Source: Macrostomum lignano (taxonomy: Eukaryota). Taken from it: a stretch of DNA of 64,000 nt. The DNA lies in assembly GCA_002269645.1 (NCBI GenBank), contig NIVC01003101.1, positions 1 through 64,000 of the forward strand. The letters are read 5' to 3'. Below the pieces are notes generated by a model that was given only the letters and a program-made list of their open reading frames with translations, searched no databases and had not been told where the DNA came from. Positions within the stretch are counted from its first letter, which is position 1; each line of letters opens with the position of its first letter. The position numbers were made by a program, and so were the translations under genes. This document shows positions 51,858 through 63,857 of this stretch, one piece after another.

Positions 51858-52900
51858 CAGTGGTATGTCCAAGGGGGGGGGGCTGCCCCCCCCCCCCCTG
51901 TTAGACCACAGGCCCCCCTGTGGCCCTCCCCACTCTCAGTTCTGACTTTTGAATGTTGAATTTTTCAAAAAAAAATTGAAAAACCTTTTTTCTTTTTTAT
52001 ATTTTTAATTTTAAAAACAACACTATTATACTAGAAGTTTTTACACAAGCATAACTGTACATGGGTACATTATTCTTTACTCTCTGATCTGATAGTATGG
52101 CAAATTTTGTTTCATTTGTTTTTATAATATCTGTTGGTGTTTTGGTTTTGTCTCTAACTTTAATTATAAAGTGCATTGCCTCTCAGACTTTATTGTTTTT
52201 ATCTAACTGTTAAGTCTATATGGCTGTATCCTTCCAACCCCCCAACCCCCTCCCCTACGCATATGATATAGCCTAACACTTGCACTGGGACAGGGAAAGG
52301 AGGGATAAGGCAGACAGAAAGAGAAGAAAGAAGCACACTGATAAATGTACATTTAGACAGGGACAAAGAGTTAAACCATCGTACATTCAGACAGTGTGTA
52401 AAAGACTACAGAGCATTGCCCTTCTGCCCCTCAAGATTTAAGTCACACTTTAGCTACTACTCTCTTAAAGTCTTAAGGTTCAAACAAAACTGAAATGTGT
52501 TTCAAGAATTGAATTAAAGAAGCCTGGCCAACAATGCAGAGGCCTAATATTCAAAGTTTAAAAAAAAAACCTAGTTCAGACCCGCAAGAGGACAAAAGTC
52601 CAGGCAAAAAAACCAATAACTAGGCAAAAAGGCATAAGGATCAACCAAGCGCTATTTCTACAATTGCGGATCAGGAGTCTGAACAGGATGCTCAACTAAC
52701 TGGCTCTGAAACAAATTTTCTTGGCACTCCTGTTCTAGTTGAGACAGCTACTGCTGCCACTGCCACAGAGTTAGCCTTAGACAGTAGAACAATTGAGCAA
52801 CCTTCTTCAAAGGCCCCGTATGATATTTCCGTGTTATTTCCGTCAAATGAAAGCTCATTTGAAGTTTTGTAGAAACTATTTAGATACTCCTCAAGTACTG
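51858..52900 (+). mobile_element. Decayed hAT-like transposon relic upstream of the ALR core exon
   Basis: cagtggtatgtccaagggggggg resembles the CAGTGGCG..CC.GGGGG left TIR class. An 82-codon Met-less open frame at 52624-52872 (AKRHKDQ...KAPYDISVLFP) resembles the low-complexity N-terminus of such transposases. No right end found. Confidence 0.4.
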
Positions 52901-54601
52901 CATTATTATAAAACTTATATTTATGCATCTAAATATCTCCTTCTACTCTTGAATTATTATTAAATAATAAATATATTGACTTATATTGACCAAACAGGCT
53001 TATTGCCTGAGCCAAATTAACTATTAATGCTATTACATATAATAGTAGATCAAAATATCTAATTCTAGGCCTATTCCTAACTAAGCCCAACTATAGCCTA
53101 GGCATATAGCTAGGCCTAATGATTCAAGCCCATTGAAAACCTAAAACTATAATAGGGCATATCATATTAGTTCTATAGGTTTGTGTGCTTTTTAGTATCT
53201 TAGATTACTTTTTGGTAGCCAGTTTACAATGTTTAAATAATGAAATAATCTTACAATATAATAAGTGTTATGCAAAACTTTTTATTTTCCTAATAAAAGT
53301 AGTATCCACATTGTTAAATTAGCATATTTTTTAGTTTTGAAAATCTATTTAATTTTAATTTAATTGCATTTGTTGTATACCCAAATATACAAGGCTGCAT
53401 TTAAATTAGAATGCATACTAAAAGGACTTAGGTAACAAGATAATATCTGCTATCAATATAACTTACTAACATAGTTTTGATCAAAATTATAGACTTTGAC
53501 AAATCTCTTTTATTGATATGATTTCTTGAATATTATGTGATGTGTTTTGATTTCTTAAGATATTAGTACAAATAAAAATTTTAATGAAACAAGACTTTTT
53601 CTAAAAAATTAAAATACCTTAATCAAAATACCAAAATACCTTAGTTATTTTAAGTAAAGATATAGTGCAATGCTATTAGGGCTCCTTTTATATTTTTGTT
53701 TCTAATTCTAATTTATAATTTAGGTACCAAAAAGCAAACTGGGACACCAAAATGCTAGGCACTAAAAAGCTTAGATACTGTTTTATAAATAGGTAAATAC
53801 AAGTTACTCTGGCAAAAAGATATTGTCATATTGTCATATTGGTATAAAAAAGACATTTTAAAATAAAGCCTATTAATAAAGATATTTTCTATTTTTAAAT
53901 CTTGGTTAGCCAAGGACTAGCTTAAATGATCATTTGTGAATTTTTCTTATAAATTTTAAGTATAGAAAATAAAATTTGGTTAAAATTGTCATCTCATTAG
54001 TTTGTCATGAGAAACTCTAAATGATTTTAAAGTTTATATTTTAAAATAAATTATATGAACATATATTTATCCAAATCATTGTTTTTTACATATTATATGA
54101 AAGAAGAATATATAAAAACATATTTTGTATAACATAAGTGAAAATGCTTATGCTTTTTGATAAAAATTAGTTGATTACATTGAATAGAATGTGCCTTTAT
54201 TGAGTTTGCAATTGCTATTAGATGAGTATAAAACCATTATGTCTTTACCTCTAGTTTAATAATAATGCCTCAGTAAGAAATCAGATATTAATTGTTTTTT
54301 AGCTCTTGTAATAGCTATTATAATAGTCCTTATATTTTATGGCATAAGATATTATATCAGATAAGCACTGGCAGGGCCTAATTTAGCTATTTTATTAGTA
54401 GGCCTAGGCCTATTTTAGGCCTTCAAAATAGAAATAATTGAAAGTATATATTAGAATAAAAAAAGCAATGAATTGTTCTTTTATGCTACTAATGCCAGAG
54501 TGCCTGTTTCAATAGCAGAAAATTTAGCACTTAAAAATCATCTAGTCATTTTCACTAGCAAGGCACATTTGCTTTTATTCAGAAAAAACTTTTCTTTGCA
54601 G

Positions 54602-55584
54602 TCCCGACAATCTCGCCGCGCCCGCTACGAGTTCGAAAATTCGGCTGACGACGCCGACCAGGGCGCGGCTTCGTCCTCCGCCACGGCTGCGACTGGTGAC
54701 TCGCAAAAACCCCCGGGCGCTGCAGGACGAAATCCTCTTCTAGAAGGAGTCTGCAGAGCCTGCATCGACATCAACGATGTGCTCGCCGGTCGGCGCAAAC
54801 TGCAGAAAACTTCTACCGAGCAGGCAAAGAGCACTCCTGAGTGCCCGCTTGATCAGGTCAGGGTCATTTGATTTCAGCCAGCCCCGATTCTTTGATGTTG
54901 CCGCCAGCCCCGATTCTTTGATGTTGCCGCCAGCTCCGATTCTTTGATGTTGCCGCCAGCCCCGATTCTTTGATGTTGCCGCTAGCCCCGATTCTTTGAT
55001 GTTGCCGCCAATCCCGATTCTTTGATGTTGCCGCCAATCCCGATTCTTTGATGTTGCCGCCAGCCCCGATTCTTTGATGTTTCCACTAGCCCTGATTCTC
55101 TTATGTTACCCACAATCCCAAGTCCTTGATTCGGCCGCCAGTCCTGGTTTTTTGATATCTCTGCCATTCGGCATCCCATTCCCAGGTGTCCCTGGGCCGC
55201 AAGTCCTGGTCTGTGCTTCACACCCTGGCCGCTTATTACCCGGACAAGCCGACTGCCCGCCAATCAGCCGACATGGATGCCTTCCTGCGGTCCTTCTCCC
55301 GCCTGTTCCCATGTCCGCACTGCAGCGAAGAGTTCCAAGCCAACATTGCCAAGTAAGCAGTCGTTTGTGTTTTTAAAGCGCCTAGGTGCTTTTTTATTAA
55401 GCACTCCTCACTGCTCAATTCCGGCAGATCCCCGCCGCCAGTTCGTGACGGTCGCGCCCTGAACCGATGGCTGTGTGATCAGCACAATCTGGTCAATGAG
55501 CGCCTGGGCAAGCCGAAATTCGATTGCGGCAAAGTGCTCGACAGATGGAGATACGGATGGCCCGATGGGTCCTGCGACTATTGA
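54602..55584 (+). CDS. GFER: FAD-linked sulfhydryl oxidase ALR/ERV1 (core exons; start exon uncertain, candidate at 51223/51236-51267)
   Basis: Exons 54602-54856, 55186-55352, 55428-55584. N-terminal CRAC shuttle motif, ECPLD..LGRKSWSVLHTLAAYYP, CPHC redox centre, WLCDQHNLVNERLGKPKFDC...RWRYGWPDGSCDY. Confidence 0.95.
54870..55100. repeat. 26 bp intronic minisatellite (gccagccccgattctttgatgttgcc)
   Basis: About 8 copies in an ALR intron. Confidence 0.9.
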
Positions 55585-56304
55585 TTGAGTGCTCAGAGAT
55601 GCTGGGACTGCTCAGAGTAATGGTTGATTAGTCAAGATGCTGGGACTGCTCAGACTGTCATGGTTGATTACTCAAGATGCTGGGACTGCTCAGAATGAGG
55701 GACTGCTCAGGATGTTGTTGATGCTCAGAATGAGGGACTGCTCAGGATGTTGTTGATGCTCAGAATGAGGGACTGATCAAAATGCCGACAGTTCTGTAGC
55801 CTTGCTGTACTTTCACTTGCTTTCGTGTTTGCAATGCAGAAGTGCAACAAATGTTAAATCAATTTGGTGGCCGCTTCAACTTATAAATTAGCCAAATTTA
55901 GCTAAAAGCATTTTTGTCCGACTTAACATGTGTACTGCTTCATTATAGTTTTATTCTTTTGCACAAAATTCTACTTGTTGGCTTGTTTTACCTGCATTGT
56001 TCGTTGGCTGCTCCAAAGATAGCGAATTTTTAATTGATATAGCAAATTTCACCAAAGTTGGTGTAGATTTTTTATGGTGTGCTTTTGTATTTTGCATTAA
56101 TTTCCGTCAAAATTATGCTTTATATAGGTTTTGTAATGTTTGATCCCAGTCCCCTAATTACCCACCCAGTCCCCTAATTACCTATCCCAGTCCCCTAATT
56201 ACCCATCCCAGTCCTTTAATTACCCACCTACTCCACTAATTACCCTTTCAACTTTACCAATGAAGATCGAGCTTTCTGTAAACGAAACAAAAATGTTCTG
56301 CGAA

Positions 56305-56314
56305 CCGCCATCTT
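56305..56314. promoter_or_regulatory. YY1-like motif CCGCCATCTT between ALR and ATPIF1
   Basis: Exact match to the animal YY1 core in a locally CpG-containing stretch. A single 10-mer can occur by chance. Confidence 0.25.
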
Positions 56315-56725
56315 AAAAGCTTTGAGCAGTTTTGCTCGTTGCCTTAAAAGTGCTAAGGACTCATTAAGTAAACATAGAGCTCTTTCTAAGGCAAAATAAG
56401 AGTGGCATTGCCTGCATGGCCTTTCCTGCAGTACCAATGGAAATTGCGCGGAATCAGCTTAGGCTCATAGCAACTACTTATTCCAGAACATAATTTTAAG
56501 GAGAATTCTCTGCTCTTAAAGAAGCAGGGTTATGCACAAAATTCCAAAAATAGTTTCACCTGAAATTCGTAAAAAGTTGAAGAGATTAGCTGCCTCATTA
56601 TCCCATACTCTAGTCACTGAGTTGATCTAGCAGAAAAAACTCAGAACTGTACCCTGGAGAGTTCTCAAGCCAACTTCATGCTCCCCATATACTACTTGCA
56701 GCTAAGCCTCCCGGCTCGCAAAGTC

Positions 56726-57827
56726 ATGTCAATCTGCCGCATCGCCCGCCTGCTGCAGCTCCGGCCGCCGGTCCCCGCCGGCGCCATCTTCACCGCCTCC
56801 CGGCGCGCCCTCTCCGGCGACGAGTGGGGCCGCGGCGCCGGCAAAGGTGGCGGCGCCGGCGGCAGCATCCGCGAGGCCGGCGGCACGTTTGGAAAAATGG
56901 AGGCCGCCCGAGAGGAGGAGTACTTCCGCCGGCTGCAGAATGAGCAGCTGTCCAAGCTTAAGGAGCACTTGGAGGACGAGGTGACCGCCAGGAACAGCCT
57001 TGGGCTTCTGGGATCGCCCAGTCTCCCCGCGCGTGGAATCGTTGCTACTTAGTTGCGTTGCTGGGTCAGCCTCCCAGATCCTCAGCTGCCTGGCCTCCCA
57101 GATCCTCAGATGCTGGGCCAGCCTCCCAGATCCTCAGATTCTGGGCCGGCCTCCCAGATCTTCAGCTGCCTGGCCTCCCAGATCCTCAGTTGCCTGGCCT
57201 CCCAGATCCTCAGTTGCCTGGCCTCCCAAATCCTCAGTTGCCTGGCCTCCCAGATCCTCAGTTGCTGGGCCTCCCAGATCCTCAGTTGCTGGGCCGCCCT
57301 CCCAGATCCCCAGTTGCTGGGCCGCCTTCCCAGATCCTCAATTGCTGGGCCAGCCTCCCGGATCCTCAGTTGCCTTGCCTCCCAGATCCTCAGTTGCTGG
57401 GCCTCCCAGATCCTCAGTTGCTGGGCCTCCCAGATCCTCAGTTACTGGGCCTCCCAGATCCCCAGTTGCTGGGCCGCCCTCCCAGATCCCCAGTTGCTGG
57501 GCCGCCTTCCCAGATCCTCAATTGCTGGGCCAGCCTCCCGGATCCTCAGTTGCCTTGCCTCCCAGATCCTCAGTTGCTGGGCCTCCCAGATCCCCAGTTG
57601 CTGGGCCGCCCTCCCAGATCATCAGTTGCCTGGCCTCCCAGATCCTCAGTTGCTGAGCCAGCATCCCATATCCTCAAACTCATGAGCAGCACTCACCACC
57701 CACCCCATGCCAGGTGGACCATCACGAGAATGAGATTGTCCGCCACCTGGAGGCCATCCAGCGGCACAAGTCTCGCATGCAGGACCTGAGCCAGAAGGAG
57801 CAAGAGGGCAAGAAGAAGGATGATTGA
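56726..57827 (+). CDS. ATP5IF1: Mitochondrial ATPase inhibitor IF1, 122 aa
   Basis: Exons 56726-56980 and 57714-57827 (phase 0). Arg-rich targeting peptide, [38 protein letters not shown], His-rich HHENEIVRH coiled coil. Confidence 0.96.
57050..57660. repeat. ~20-24 bp intronic minisatellite (gcctcccagatcctcagttgctgg)
   Basis: About 28 copies in the ATPIF1 intron. Confidence 0.93.
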
Positions 57828-58377
57828 AATTGAAAATCGCGTTCGTGTGTAGTTGTTGGATTTCTGCTTCGAAGAAAAATATGAGAACCTTAAAAAATTG
57901 TTGGTAGCGCAGTAGTTTCTCCCCCATTTGTTGATTCTTGTGCGTTCATTTAGTGACCCCAGCCCCGTAATACTTGGCTTCGATTAGTAAAATAACACAT
58001 GTGTTGCGAGTTAACCCCGGTTGTCAAGTTATTCAGCTATCTAAACTGCTATCTATGTATGCTAACACAACAATAGTTTAGTCATGCTAGTGCAGTGTAC
58101 ATCTCGCATTGGAATCATCTTTACAGCGGCCAAGACCGACTCCCAGGTGTTAGCCGGCAGTGCCTCCCTGATTCATTTGATCTACTAATAGTAGTTTAAT
58201 AGGAGCGTAAAATGCGTCATATTGTCCTATTCCCAGTGCGCTAAATATATGCACACAGGCTATCAACAGACAACAGTGTAGCCAGATCTGACTTTCCTTC
58301 CGTCTACTTTCATCTGTGCGTTCAAAAATTTGTCCTATCGTTTTTTATTTGTTTTATTAAGTCATCTCAGAACCTTG

Positions 58378-60427
58378 ATGGTCCCAAGATGTATGGAATC
58401 GACTTTCAGATTCCATAGCCTCCATCCCAGAGTGTGAGATCCCATAGCCTCCATCCCAGAGTGAGAGATCCCATAGCTTCCATCCCAGAGTGTGAGATCC
58501 CATAGCTTCCACCCCCATAGCTTCCATCCCAGTGTGAGATCCCATAGCCTTCATCCTAGAGTGAGAGATCTCATAGCTTTCATCCCAGAGTGTGAGATCT
58601 CATAGCTTCCATCCCAGAGTGTGAGATCCCATAGCTTTCATCCCAGAGTGTGAGATCTCATAGCTTCCATCCCAGAGTGTGAGATCCCATAGCTTCCACC
58701 CCCATAGCTTCCATCCCAGAGTGAGAGATCCCATAGCTTCCACCCCATAGCTTCCATCCCAGTGTGAGATCCCATAGCCTTCATCCTAAAGTGAGAGATC
58801 TCATAGCTTTCATCCCAGAGTGTGAGATCTCATAGCTTCCATCCCAGAGTGTGAGATCCCATAGCTTCCACCCCCATAGCTTCCATCCCAGTGTGAGATC
58901 CCATAGCCTTCATCCTAGAGTGAGAGATCTCATAGCTTCCATCCCAGAGTGAGAGATCCCATAGCTTCCACCCCCATAGCTTCCATCCCAGTGTGAGATC
59001 CCATAGCCTTCATCCTAGAGTGAGAGATCTCATAGCTTTCATCCCAGAGTGTGAGATCTCATAGCTTCCACCCCCATAGCTTCCATCCCAGAGTGAGAGA
59101 TCCCATAGCTTCCACCCCATAGCTTCCATCCCAGTGTGAGATCCCATAGCCTTCATCCTAGAGTGAGAGATCTCATAGCTTTCATCCCAGAGTGTGAGAT
59201 CTCATAGCTTCCATCCCAGAGTGTGAGATCCCATAGCTTCCACCCCATAGCTTCCATCCCAGTGTGAGATCCCATAGCCTTCATCCTAGAGTGAGAGATC
59301 TCATAGCTTCCATCCCAGAGTGAGAGATCCCATAGCTTCCACCCCCATAGCTTCCATCCCAGTGTGAGATCCCATAGCCTTCATCCTAGAGTGAGAGATC
59401 TCATAGCTTTCATCCCAGAGTGTGAGATCTCATAGCTTCCATCCCATAGTGATATCCCATAGCTCCCATCCCATAGTTATATCCCATAGCTTCCATCCCA
59501 TAGTGATATCCCACAGCTTCCATCCCATAGTGAAATCCCACAAACTTTGCTCCTAAAAGTATCTGCGAAACCCTTAAAAAAGTGCGAGATGAGTTTTAAC
59601 CCCAGAGTGTAGGGTTTTTGCACGAAGAGAGTCTCTCAGTAGGCATCGAACTCGCGACCGCACCGCAGCAGCCGGACAAGCGCATATTCGTGTACCCGGG
59701 CGAGGCCCAGCTGGTACCGGCCCTGGCCGACCTGGTTGCCTCGGTGATCGGCGACTGTCTGGACAGGCGCGGCCGCTGCACCGTCGGGCTGTCGGGCGGC
59801 AGCCTGGTGGACTTCCTGACTCGCGGCCTCGCCAAGTCGGCCATCGACTGGCGCCGGGTGACGCTGTTCTACTGCGACGAGCGGCTCGTCCCCCTGGACG
59901 ATCCCGAGCGGACGCACGCCCAGTTCGCCAAGTCCCTGCTGGCGCCAGGCACCGGCGCCTCCGCCGCCCGCGTCCTCGTTGTCGACGCCAGCCTGGCACC
60001 CGAGGCGGCCGCCAAGGACTACGAGGAGCAGCTCCGGGCCGCTGGCATCCTGGACGACGGGCCGGACCTCATGCTGCTGGGGCTCGGGCCCGACGGCCAC
60101 ACCTGCTCCCTGTTCCCCGACCACATCGCCCTCAGCGAGCAGCGGCCCGGCGTTGCCGCGGTGCTCGACTCGCCGAAGCCGCCGCCAGCCCGAGTCACTT
60201 GCACTCTGCCGCTCATCAACCGGTCCGGCGCCGTTATCTTCGCGCTGACCGGCCGGGGCAAAGCAGCCGCCGTTGCCCGCCTGCTTGGCAAGGCGGACAG
60301 CGCGGACGGTGACGGCTGCCCGCTGCCGCCGAGCACCCGGGCGCCAGCCTCGCTGGTCCGGCCGTCCAGAGGCAGGCTGTTCTTCCTGCTGGACTCGGAG
60401 GCTGCGGCCGAGTACTCGGCTGAGTGA
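58378..60427 (+). CDS. PGLS: 6-phosphogluconolactonase (~266 aa)
   Basis: Main exon 59640-60427 with GLSGGS, DERLVP, LLGLGPDGHTCSLFP, SPKPPPARVTCTLPLIN. Proposed 13-nt first exon 58378-58390 (ATG GTC CCA AGA T|gtatgg) is phase-compatible with the ctctcag|59640 acceptor. The start exon is less certain than the main exon. Confidence 0.92.
58405..59540. repeat. ~27-29 bp minisatellite (tcccatagcttccatcccagagtgtgaga)
   Basis: About 40 copies in the proposed PGLS intron 1. Confidence 0.95.
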
Positions 60428-60544
60428 TCACCAAAACTATTCCGGATTTTATGCACTTTCTTTCTAGCGATTAACCCAGCCTTTTTCACGGGTCACCGAG
60501 TGGACTCGAGTGACCCAAATCTCCTGTGTCCCCTTGGTTAGCAT

Positions 60545-60790
60545 CCATCTTCTGTGTCCGGCATTGACCATCTCCTGTGTCCGGGATTGACCTCCATATC
60601 CTGTGTCCGGGATTGACCTCCATCTCCCTTGTCCGGGATTGACCTCCATCTCCCTTGTCCGGGATTGACCTCCATCTCCCTTGTCCGGGATTGACCTCCA
60701 TCTCCCTTGTCTGGGATTGACCTCCATCTCCCTTGTCCGGGATTGACCTACATCTCCCATGTCCGGGATTGATCTCCCTCTCCTGTGTCC
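60545..60790. repeat. 26 bp minisatellite (gggattgacctccatctcccttgtcc) downstream of PGLS
   Basis: About 9 copies. Confidence 0.9.
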
Positions 60791-61374
60791 TTATTTGACC
60801 CCATCTCGTGATCTTGAAAAAAACTATGCCTTCAGTTTCTTCGAGTGACTCCGTCTCGTGAGTTATCGAGTAGCCCAGTCTTTCCTGTCCTTGACTGATG
60901 TCCTGAAGTGAGCCCACTGATCCCTTGTCCTCGTTTGAACCCATCCCTGTGCCCTAACGAGATCTTGTGCATTAAATAGGCCTTTGCTTTTATTTCTGAG
61001 CCCCACTCGGCCCGGATCACCGCGCCAGATGCGCTATAATAAACCGTATTGTTTATCACTCTCTGCCCCAGCGGTTTTGGCGTCACTGTTTGTTTCAATT
61101 TCCAATTTAATTCGTGACTACTCGTAGAAGCGCGCCTGCTGAGTGCTTCTCAGCTTGAAGTAGCCTAAGAACTTTTTTAATAGGATATTTTTGTAGGCTG
61201 CATTTTGTCTGTTTTGCGGTTCGTTTTTAGCTGTTGTTCGTTTATTTATTATTCGAATCCTGTGTTTCTCTGGCCTTTAATTGATTCAAACCCCGGTTTA
61301 GAAATTGACTTCTGCTACGCTCGTACGTTGACCTTCGTTCCCGTGAAATAGTCCTAGCAATTGCCCTGGGAATC

Positions 61375-62160
61375 GCATCAAAATCGCCCTGAGAATCGCC
61401 CTGAGAATCGCCCAGAGAATCGCCCCGAGAATCACCCCGAGAATCGCCCTAATAATATCCTTGAGAATTGCCCTGAGAATCGCCCCGAGAATCGCCCTGA
61501 GAATCGCCCTAATAATATCCTTGAGAATCGCCTTGAGAATCGCCCCGAGAATCACCCCGAGAATCGCCCTGAGAATCGCCCCGAGAATTGCCCTGAGAAT
61601 CGCCCTGATAATATCCTTGAGAATCACCCCGAGAATCGCCCCGAGAATCGCCCTGATAATCGCCCCGAGAATCGCCCTGAGAATCGCCCTGATAATATCC
61701 TTGAGAATCACCCCGAGAATCGCCCCGAGAATCACCCCGAGAATCGCCCTGAGAATCGCCCTAATAATATCCTTGAGAATTGCCCTGAGAATCGCCTCGA
61801 GAATCGCCCTGAGAATCGCCCTAATAATATCCTTGAGAATTGCCCTGAGAATCGCCCTGAGAATCGCCCTGATAATATCCTTGAGAATCGCCCTAATAAT
61901 ATCCTTGAGAATTGCCCTGAGAATCGCCTCGAGAATCGCCCTGATAATATCCTTGAGAATCGCCCTAATAATATCCTTGAGAATTGCCCTGAGAATCGCC
62001 TCGAGAATCGCCCTGAGAATCGCCCTAATAATATCCTTGAGAATTGCCCTGAGAATCGCCCTGAGAATCGCCCTGATAATATCCTTGAGAATCGCCCTGA
62101 GAATCGCCCTGATAATATCCTTGAGAATCGCCCCGAGAATCAACCCCAGAATCGCCCTGG
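61375..62160. repeat. 12 bp minisatellite (gagaatcgccct) with higher-order variants
   Basis: About 60 units with recurring aataatatcctt variant blocks. Confidence 0.95.
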
Positions 62161-62639
62161 TTGAAGTATTTTATGGAATTATTAAGTGTTGACGTTTTAA
62201 GCTGCTGTCTCGAATTCGCATACAATTATTTATTATTATTTATTGTATTTAATTGATTTTCGCTACTTAATTTATCAATCTATTCAACCTTTTCCGCTAA
62301 CGTCAGTAGTATATCTATAATATAATATAAGCGTATATAAAGCTATACTTTAATTTTTGTTCTGACTTTCGCAATTGATTTATAAATGTGTCTGCCATTT
62401 AGCCATAATATTAATGCTAAATTACCAGCTAATCTTGCGCGTCTGTTTATTATGTATCAAATTTATTGCTTTAGCAGGCGGTTAAAAATCGATTTTACGA
62501 ATGTGTGTCACGCGTTCCGTGTCTGCATTTAAACAGAGTTTCACCTCCAACCAATAAACTCTCCATCTGTCACCCAGACTAGCCAGGAACAAGCCAGACT
62601 CTTCTGATTTAGCGTTCAGTTTGCCCCTCTCTAATTGCT

Positions 62640-63245
62640 GTCTGTCTTTGTGTCCGTGTCTTTGTCTGTATGTCTGTGCGTCTTTGTGTCAGTGTCTTTG
62701 TGTCCGTGTTTCTTTGTCTGTGCGTCTTTGTGTCAGTGTCTTTGTGTCCGTGTTTCTTTGTCTGTGCGTCTTTGTGTCCGTGTGTCTTTGTCTATGCGTC
62801 GTCTTTGTGTCCGTGTTTCTTTGTCTGTGCGTCTTTGTGTCCGTGTGTCTTTGTCTATGCGTCGTCTTTGTGTCCGTGTGTCTTTGTCTGTGCGTCTTTG
62901 TGTCCGTGTGTCTTTGTCTATGCGTCGTCTTTGTGTCCGTGTGTCTTTGTCTGTGTGTCTTTGTGTCCGTGTGTCTTTGTCTATGCGTCGTCTTTGTGTC
63001 CGTGTGTCTTTGTCTGTGTGTCTTTGTGTCCGTGTGTCTTTGTCTATGCGTCTTTTTTGTGTCCGTGTGTCTTTGTGTGTCTTTGTGTCCGTGTGTCTTT
63101 GTGTGTCTTTGTGTCCGTGTGTCTTTGTCTATGCGTCGTCTTTGTGTCCGTGTGTCTTTGTCAGTGTTTTTTGTGTCCGCGCGTCTTTGTGTGTCTTTGT
63201 GTCCATGCGTCGTCTTTGTGTCCTTGTGTCTGTGTCTTTGTCCGC
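62640..63245. repeat. GT-rich compound repeat (gtgtctttgtgtccgt)
   Basis: Direct observation. Confidence 0.92.
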
Positions 63246-63678
63246 GTCCAGCTTTTAATTTGGCAAGCACCATTAGCCAGCTAAAACTGCAGCAAAATTG
63301 GTTTGCCTTTTTGACTTTCAATTCTTTGTTCGTCTGTTCGACATGAAAACTGACTGAAAATCTGCTTCTGAAGCCGGCTTCTAGCAGCTCTTATTTGTCC
63401 CTTCTCGATTACCAGAGTAGCGAGTGAGAGGTAGAGGGCGGTTTTTAGACATAACCAGCCGCCCTATGATTTGAGATATAATTGTCCTATGATTTGGATT
63501 TGAAATCGCCCTATGATTCGGGATTTGGAATGGCCCAGTGCTTAAAGAGCCAAACAGTGATGCTGATGCGATTGAAACTATTTTTCTTCAAATTCCCAGT
63601 CTCGAAACAAGCTAGAAATATATTTGAGCGCAGCTGGTAAACAGTTCTAGTCAGCTGTAATTAAGGCGCAACTAAGCC

Positions 63679-63803
63679 TTAGCCAACTGTCCGTGCTGGC
63701 AGCAGCAGGTAAATCCCCAGCACCAGCAGCCCGGAGGTGGCCAGCGAAGCTCCGATCAGCATGAAGGTGGCGTTGTAGCTGCCTGTCTTGTCGAACACCG
63801 CGC
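63679..63803 (-). CDS. Last coding exon of an MFS transporter (monocarboxylate transporter SLC16-like)
   Basis: ccccaactgcag|GC GCG...: GAVFDKTGSYNATFMLIGASLATSGLLVLGIYLLLPARTVG*. Matches the GxxxDxxGSY TM11-12 loop of MCT/SLC16-type MFS proteins. The gene continues off the right edge. Confidence 0.8.
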
Positions 63804-63857
63804 CTGCAGTTGGGGGGATGACAATTCCCCGTGCTAGTCAAGTTTTGCACAAAAGTC

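Noticed and set aside
59574-60489. Several 80-160 aa minus-strand ORFs over PGLS (and similar ones over other GC-rich exons)
   Set aside because: Antisense shadows of GC3-rich coding sequence, with no independent motifs.
60486-60944. Minus-strand ORF starting MGSNEDKG with a possible upstream acceptor
   Set aside because: It runs into the 26-bp minisatellite, has no recognisable domain or good donor, and has no downstream exons without crossing three opposite-strand genes.
61298-63346. 200-280 aa ORFs (ENRP, ILRA, VCLC repeats)
   Set aside because: Products of the 12-bp and GT-rich tandem repeats.
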